A stretch of DNA of 64,000 bases, taken from NCBI GenBank assembly GCA_038525315.1, contig JBCBHU010000003.1, positions 219,011-283,010 of the forward strand, in the 5' to 3' direction. Below, piece by piece: positions 58,421 to 64,000 of this stretch. The translations under genes and the position numbers were made by a program. The notes under the pieces are model-generated. The model was given only the letters and a program-made list of their open reading frames with translations. It was not told where the DNA came from and did no database searches. The first letter of the stretch is position 1; the number at the start of each line of letters is the position of its first letter. Origin of the DNA: Pseudomonadota bacterium (GTDB lineage Bacteria; Pseudomonadota; Alphaproteobacteria; Rhizobiales; Rhizobiaceae).

Positions 58421-59608
58421 ATGTTTTGGCCTCTTACTCAATTAATGGATGCATCAAATTTATATAAGTTCAATAAGTACGGTATTTTAGTTAGATTTTT
58501 TTTGTTACCGTTTTTTGTCAATTTTACACTTATAAGTCATACAACAGCTGCCGAGGCAAGATGTAGTGTGATAATCAAGGGCGTGGAAAATGGTAAGGTA
58601 GACCTAGACTTCTACAAGAGCATTTGCGGGAATGAGGCGTCTAAATCGGAACGGTTGAGAGAAGCGCTAAGAGTTGGAGATGGCGAAGTTCTCAAGGGGT
58701 TTGGACAATCGAGCAAGGCCTTATTAGCAGCTACGTTTCAACAACCAAGCGTAGCTAAAAATTTTTTTCGCTTTGCGAAATCGCAAGAGGCTCTTGATTG
58801 GTTTAAGGCACAGATATCATCAACCATAAGTCCTAATTTGGTTTTAAATGATAAAAGTGTACTCGAATTAGCGTTATTGGAGTCCAATCTATCAATTGCG
58901 CGTATGCTACTCGAGGCGGGGGCGACGCCCCATGTATATAGCGAGTTATGGGGAACTGAAAGTTATTTCCCAAAAATGCTGTTCCCGCTAACATGGCTTC
59001 ATCAGCTAGATGTTGTTGGCGCCCCCGAAGAGGTACAGGCCTTTATGCATTTATACTCCCAGAATGTAGTCGCACCCAACAGCAAAGATGCCGTAGATAG
59101 AGGGTCGGTTAGAGCGGTGGAAAAAAGGATAGCAAAGTTTGAAGAAATCTATGGGCTGAGAGTAAAAAGATCTAGCTCAATTTGCGATGTTCCGGTGAAA
59201 GAACAATGTGAAAAATTTGCGAAAGAAAAGAGCATATGTAGTTATGCCAGTGAATTCCCAAAAAAAGTGATAAATCATGATTATAGATCGTCAGAACACC
59301 GTTATCTCGACAGCCTTGATTTATTGGGTTTATTAGGCGTGTATAAAGGTCGTCTATATTTTATGACAAGAAATAGTTATCAAAATATAGGCTTGTTAAT
59401 TTCTAATTCCAATTTCACGCGAGTTGATCTTCTAGGTAGTGATAATTTGCAGTCATATCATTTCTGTCGAGGACCAAATGGTCTTAAGAAAAAGCAATAC
59501 CGCTATGGTCCATGTTGGCGGAAAATATCATTAGACTACATAAGCCCTACACAGATGGAAGTTCGAGGCAAGGCCAGTGTGAAATTTCAAAAGTATTTCT
59601 GCAAATAG
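58421..59608 (+). CDS. Hypothetical AT-rich protein, probable signal peptide, one ankyrin-like repeat
   Basis: 395-codon ORF in AT-rich DNA, where such length is unlikely by chance. Hydrophobic N-region ends ...TTAAEA. KSVLELALLESNLSIARMLLEAGATPH resembles an ankyrin repeat. Start uncertain. Confidence 0.65.
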   Translation: MFWPLTQLMDASNLYKFNKYGILVRFFLLPFFVNFTLISHTTAAEARCSVIIKGVENGKVDLDFYKSICGNEASKSERLREALRVGDGEVLKGFGQSSKALLAATFQQPSVAKNFFRFAKSQEALDWFKAQISSTISPNLVLNDKSVLELALLESNLSIARMLLEAGATPHVYSELWGTESYFPKMLFPLTWLHQLDVVGAPEEVQAFMHLYSQNVVAPNSKDAVDRGSVRAVEKRIAKFEEIYGLRVKRSSSICDVPVKEQCEKFAKEKSICSYASEFPKKVINHDYRSSEHRYLDSLDLLGLLGVYKGRLYFMTRNSYQNIGLLISNSNFTRVDLLGSDNLQSYHFCRGPNGLKKKQYRYGPCWRKISLDYISPTQMEVRGKASVKFQKYFCK

Positions 59609-59614
59609 ACCCGT

Positions 59615-59902
59615 TTAATTGCATACATTTTTACCAATAGAAATTTCAATAGAGCTGGTTCCGCTAATATCTTTACTAACGATTCCACATCTTACATTTC
59701 GTGGTGAGTCGGTGGAAATGCCAGTGGCCTGTACAGAGGTATCATTGCCATTTATAGTCTCAGCCTTTGTATTTTTTACTGCCAGATCAATATCTAAGCT
59801 GTTGTACCAAATTCCTACTGCGTAAAATGTGCCAATTATGATTGCCACTAAAGCAAAAACATACTGCCAACGATGCAACGGGATGTCTGATGATTTTTTC
59901 AT
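59615..59902 (-). CDS. Small AT-rich hypothetical single-pass membrane protein
   Basis: 95 aa with one TM (YVFALVAIIIGTFYAVGIWY) and a Ser/Thr/Asn-rich tail with two Cys; convergent with the preceding ORF. Confidence 0.5.
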   Translation of the reverse strand: MKKSSDIPLHRWQYVFALVAIIIGTFYAVGIWYNSLDIDLAVKNTKAETINGNDTSVQATGISTDSPRNVRCGIVSKDISGTSSIEISIGKNVCN

Positions 59903-60038
59903 GCTTTTCTATCCATGTGCTTCAAGATGATTGTGAGCTTTATGAATAGCCCACTGTTCCTTTAATAACTATCATATGTGTTGCAATAAGGCTACCAGCA
60001 GACCTCAACACGATACACCTGTGCAATAACGCATCCCC

Positions 60039-62861
60039 CTACTCCTCCGTCTCGCTCACCCGCTCCACGGACACTACGCTTTCGCCCTCCGCCGTGCGGA
60101 ACACCCGCACGCCTTTGCTGGCGCGGCTGGCGAAGCGGATGTTGTCTACGGGGACGCGGATGAGTTGGCCCGCGTTGGAAACCAGCATGATTTGGTCGCT
60201 GTCTTCCACGGGGAAGGCGGAAACAAGGCGGCCGATTTCGTCGGCCTTGGACAGATCTGTGGCCTTCAGCCCTTTGCCGCCCCGGCCTGAAACGCGGAAT
60301 TCATAACTGGAAGAGCGCTTGCCGAAACCCTGATCGGTAAGCGTGAGGATGAACTGTTCCGCAGCCCCCATGGCGGCATAGCGTTGCGTATCCAGCGAGA
60401 CGTTGTCGCCCACGGCTTCTTCTTCGTCATCAGCGGGCGCATCAACCTCGTCGGCTTCGGCACCCAGCGCCCGGCGGGCGGCGGCGGCCTGTTTGAGATA
60501 GGCGGACCGCTCCTCTGCCGTGGACTCAAACCCGTGCACGATGGCCATGGAGATCACCTCCTCGCCCTCGCCCATCTTGATGCCCCGCACACCCACGGAA
60601 TTGCGGCTGTTGAACACGCGCACATCATCCACCTTGAAGCGGATAGAATAGCCACCGGAGGACGTGAGCAGCACATCATCGGTGGCCTGGCAGGTCTCCA
60701 CGCCCACAATGCCGTCATCATCGTCCAGCTTCATGGCAATCTTGCCGTTGCGGTTCACCTGCACAAAATCGGAGAGCTTGTTGCGCCGCACCGTGCCTTT
60801 TTTGGTGGCGAACATCACGTCCAGCGTGTCCCAACTGTCCTCGTCTTCCGGCAGGGGCATGATTGTAGTGATCGTCTCCCCCGCTTGCAGCGGCAGCAAG
60901 TTCACCAACGCCTTGCCCCGGCTTTGGGGCTGGGCCAGGGGCAGTTTCCAGACCTTCAATTTATAGGCGATGCCCCGGGAGGAGAAAAACACAACGGGCG
61001 TGTGCGTGTTCACCACGAACAGACGCGTGACAAAATCCTCGTCCTTGGTCGCCATGCCGGAGCGGCCTTTGCCCCCCCGGCGCTGGGCGCGATAGGTGGC
61101 CAGGGGCACGCGCTTGATATAACCACCATGGCTCACGGTGACGACCATATCCTCCCGGGCAATCAGATCTTCATCATCGTGCTCATAGCCGGCCTCGATG
61201 ATTTCCGTGCGGCGCGGCGTGGCGAACTCATCCTTCACCTGCGCCAACTCATCCTTCACGATGGCCTGCACGCGGGCGCGGGAGGAGAGAATATCCAGAT
61301 AATCTTTGATCTCTTCGCCGATTGCATTCAGCTCGTCGGCAATCTCATCGCGGCCCAGCGCGGTCAGGCGTTGCAAGCGCAGGTCCAGAATGGCCCGGGC
61401 CTGTTCTTCGGAAAGATTGTAGGTGCCGTCATCGTTGAGCCGGTGGCGCGGGTCGTCGATCAGTTGGATGAGCGGAGCCACGTCCTTGGCGGGCCAGCGC
61501 CGCTTCATCAGCCCCGCCCGGGCCGTGGCTGGGTCCGGTGCGTTGCGGATTAGCGCGATCACTTCGTCAATATTGGCCACCGCAATGGCGAGACCAACCA
61601 AAACATGGGCGCGGTTGCGGGCCTTGTTGAGCAGGAACTTGGTGCGCCGCGTCACCACTTCTTCGCGGAAAGTAATGAACGCCTTGAGCATGTCAATCAG
61701 GGTCAACTGCTCCGGCTTGCCGCCGTTCAGCGCCACCAGATTGCAGCCAAAGGAGGTCTGCAAATTGGTGAAGCGGTAAAGCTGGTTCAGCACCACATCC
61801 GCCACCGCATCGCGCTTCAACTCGATAGCCACACGGTAGCCATGGCGGTCGCTTTCGTCACGCACGGCGGCGATGCCCTCAATGCGCTTTTCTCGCACCA
61901 ATTCGCCGATCTTCTCCACCATGGCAGCCTTGTTGACCTGGTAGGGAATTTCCGAAATGGCGATGGTCTGCCGGTCGCCCCGGCCCGTTTCAATGTCCGT
62001 GCGGCCCCGGGTCATGATGCTGCCGCGGCCCGTCTCATAGGCGGCCTTGATGCCCCCACGGCCCAAAATCAAACCACCGGTGGGAAAGTCAGGCCCCGGA
62101 ATGATGTCCATCAGTTCGATCAGCGGCAGATCGGGCTGGTCAATAAGCGCCAGACAACCGTCGATCACCTCGCCCAAATTGTGGGGCGGGATATTCGTGG
62201 CCATGCCAACGGCGATGCCACCGGCTCCATTCACAAGAAGGTTGGGAAAGCGCGCCGGCAGCACCATGGGCTCCCGCTCGCGGCCATCATAATTGGCCTG
62301 AAAATCCACCGTTTCCTTGTCGATATCGTCCAACATCATGTTGGACACTTTTTCCAGCCGACACTCGGTGTAGCGGAAAGCGGCGGCCTTATCCCCATCC
62401 ACGGAGCCAAAATTGCCCTGCCCGTCGATGAGCGGCACGCGCATGGCAAAGTCCTGCGTCATGCGCACGAGGGCATCATAGATGGAGGCGTCCCCATGAG
62501 GATGGTATTTACCAATCACCTCCCCCACCACACCTGCGGATTTGCGGTATCCTTTGGAACTGTCCAACCCCATCTCGTGCATGGCGTAGAGAATGCGCCG
62601 GTGGACCGGCTTCAACCCGTCCCGCACATCCGGCAGGGCACGGGAGACGATCACGCTCATGGCGTAATCGAGATAGGAGCGCCGCATCTCCTCGACGATG
62701 GAAACCGGCTCGTGTTCGGACGGGGTCAGCGCACCACCATCGTCTTCGTTGCCACCATCGCCGCCGCCGTAACCGGCGTCTTCGTTCTTGTTAGCCGCAT
62801 TCTCATTGCCATCGTTGGGGGGCGTGGAACCGTCTTCGGTCGGGGTCTCTTCGTCGGACAA
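60039..62861 (-). CDS. gyrA: DNA gyrase subunit A
   Basis: [35 protein letters not shown], catalytic RYTE and GyrA-box QRRGGKG (distinguishes it from ParC). TTG start with AAGGGG RBS. Confidence 0.98.
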   Translation of the reverse strand: MSDEETPTEDGSTPPNDGNENAANKNEDAGYGGGDGGNEDDGGALTPSEHEPVSIVEEMRRSYLDYAMSVIVSRALPDVRDGLKPVHRRILYAMHEMGLDSSKGYRKSAGVVGEVIGKYHPHGDASIYDALVRMTQDFAMRVPLIDGQGNFGSVDGDKAAAFRYTECRLEKVSNMMLDDIDKETVDFQANYDGREREPMVLPARFPNLLVNGAGGIAVGMATNIPPHNLGEVIDGCLALIDQPDLPLIELMDIIPGPDFPTGGLILGRGGIKAAYETGRGSIMTRGRTDIETGRGDRQTIAISEIPYQVNKAAMVEKIGELVREKRIEGIAAVRDESDRHGYRVAIELKRDAVADVVLNQLYRFTNLQTSFGCNLVALNGGKPEQLTLIDMLKAFITFREEVVTRRTKFLLNKARNRAHVLVGLAIAVANIDEVIALIRNAPDPATARAGLMKRRWPAKDVAPLIQLIDDPRHRLNDDGTYNLSEEQARAILDLRLQRLTALGRDEIADELNAIGEEIKDYLDILSSRARVQAIVKDELAQVKDEFATPRRTEIIEAGYEHDDEDLIAREDMVVTVSHGGYIKRVPLATYRAQRRGGKGRSGMATKDEDFVTRLFVVNTHTPVVFFSSRGIAYKLKVWKLPLAQPQSRGKALVNLLPLQAGETITTIMPLPEDEDSWDTLDVMFATKKGTVRRNKLSDFVQVNRNGKIAMKLDDDDGIVGVETCQATDDVLLTSSGGYSIRFKVDDVRVFNSRNSVGVRGIKMGEGEEVISMAIVHGFESTAEERSAYLKQAAAARRALGAEADEVDAPADDEEEAVGDNVSLDTQRYAAMGAAEQFILTLTDQGFGKRSSSYEFRVSGRGGKGLKATDLSKADEIGRLVSAFPVEDSDQIMLVSNAGQLIRVPVDNIRFASRASKGVRVFRTAEGESVVSVERVSETEE

Positions 62862-63116
62862 ATATTTAGCCCCTTGGCGCTGATAGAATCGCTCAAAAGT
62901 GAGTTTCCCAAACTACCGTATTGCGCCCGCAAAGCCAAATTCTCGCCCGGCATGACGCCTATCAAAACCGAACATATTCAAAGAGATAAATGGTGGTGTT
63001 GATTCATTTTGTTCTGTGGAAAGGCCTTGTTGTACGCCAGCGCCAAAGGGTGGGTGGCCAAGCCATGCCCCACGGCATAAGAGACACACAAAGCCGCTCC
63101 CAAACAAGGCCCGGGC

Positions 63117-63743
63117 ATGACCACAGACGCAATGCTGAACGCCTTCGCCACGTTTTTCGTGACCATCGATCCGCCCGGTCAGATCGCCATCTTTTTGGCC
63201 CTAACGGCAGGCATGTCCAGCGCTGAGCGAAAGCAGGTGGCCCTGCGCGGCGTTCTCATCGGGCTCGCCATCATTCTGGGCTTCATGATGGTGGGCGGCG
63301 CGCTGCTGGGGCTGCTGGGCATCTCCATGCCCGCCTTCCGCGTGGCGGGCGGTCTGCTGCTGTTTTACACGGCCTTTGAAATGGTTTTTGAAAAACGTCA
63401 GGAGCGCAAAACGCAGAGCGCCAAGCGCGTTATCTCCAAGTCGGAAATTCAGTCTCTCGCCGTCTTCCCGCTGGCCATTCCGCTCATCGCCGGCCCCGGC
63501 GCCATATCAGCGGCAATACTCTTGGCCAACGATTTCACCTGGCCCTATGAGCGGCTCGTGCTCATCGCCATTCTACTATCCGTGGGCCTGATGCTCTATA
63601 TCGCCCTTTGGCTGGCCGATTGGCTCAACAAATACATCGGCGAGACGGGCCAAATTGTGCTCACCCGCCTGTTCGGCATCATTCTGGCTGCTCTCTCCAT
63701 CCAGTTCATCGCCGACGGTGTGCTGACGCTGGCTCAAAAATAA
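63117..63743 (+). CDS. MarC family inner membrane protein
   Basis: FFVTIDPPG, ISMPAFRVAGGLLLF, VFPLAIPLIAGPGAISA and TRLFGIILAALSIQFIADG motifs. Confidence 0.93.
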   Translation: MTTDAMLNAFATFFVTIDPPGQIAIFLALTAGMSSAERKQVALRGVLIGLAIILGFMMVGGALLGLLGISMPAFRVAGGLLLFYTAFEMVFEKRQERKTQSAKRVISKSEIQSLAVFPLAIPLIAGPGAISAAILLANDFTWPYERLVLIAILLSVGLMLYIALWLADWLNKYIGETGQIVLTRLFGIILAALSIQFIADGVLTLAQK

Positions 63744-63755
63744 CTCCGGGCACCC

Positions 63756-63902
63756 CACCTCCCTCTGGAGGGGAGGTCGGAGAGCCGCAGGCGATTCGGA
63801 TGGCGGGGAGCAGGTTTGACGTGCAGTTCAGAATAGTGGTTCTGGCATTCAGCCCCCCACCGAAACAGCAAGCTGTTTCGACCTCCCCTGAGCGGGGAGG
63901 TG
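63756..63902. repeat. CCTCCCC...GGGGAGG paired-hairpin repeat, copy 2
   Basis: cacctccctctggaggggaggtcggagagc...ccgaaacagcaagctgtttcgacctcccctgagcggggaggt; matches 39827-39954. Confidence 0.85.
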
Positions 63903-63919
63903 GGGGTCTCAATTTACGC

Positions 63920-64000
63920 TTACTTCGTCAAATCGACGACCACCGCCTTGCCCAAGCCATGCACACTGTCGCGCCCGCGCACGGTCACCTGTGTTACGCC
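63920..64000 (-). CDS. 3' fragment of a hypothetical protein (enters from the window edge)
   Basis: Reverse frame reads GVTQVTVRGRDSVHGLGKAVVVDLTK-stop, ending just before the repeat element; convergent with marC. Confidence 0.45.
   Translation of the reverse strand, partial: GVTQVTVRGRDSVHGLGKAVVVDLTK

Noticed and set aside
60384-63002. Long plus-strand ORFs (389 aa, 465 aa) opposite gyrA, and similar ones opposite icd (18869-20224), dac (23546-25021) and pyrH/frr (3472-4899)
   Set aside because: These are antisense shadow ORFs expected from high-GC codon bias; they have no recognisable motifs and fully overlap confident genes.

Overview
A ~58-60% GC core-genome segment of an alphaproteobacterium, most likely Hyphomicrobiales/Rhizobiales (inferred from gene content and order: short proS, eukaryote-like NADP-Icd, MipZ, clpS-clpA, sfsA-map-radC). 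It carries about 57 CDS, almost all housekeeping: bamA(partial)-rseP-cdsA-uppS-frr-pyrH-tsf-rpsB, dnaE, lolDE, proS, icd, clpAS, dac, mipZ, sdaA, map, radC, rpe, purB, glmSU, tgt, coaD, two cyclophilins, queA, gyrA. It also has one tRNA-Lys(UUU) and several intergenic palindromic repeats. There is no transposase, integrase, prophage or CRISPR array. Three accessory inserts stand out. (1) A translationally coupled three-gene cassette directly downstream of glmS (the attTn7 position, marked by a 20-bp tandem duplication) encodes a 74-aa 'YIDPxTGS' membrane microprotein, a kinase-like + SAM-methyltransferase fusion (NoeA-like) and a membrane-anchored alkaline-phosphatase-superfamily enzyme. This is the best candidate for an undescribed cell-surface modification system. 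(2) A standalone gene encodes two CARDB-like Ig domains fused to a duplicated Gly-Trp-Tyr repeat domain (22 GW dipeptides). (3) An AT-rich islet of two convergent orphan genes lies next to gyrA. All family assignments come from motif recognition and recalled synteny; no database search was run.
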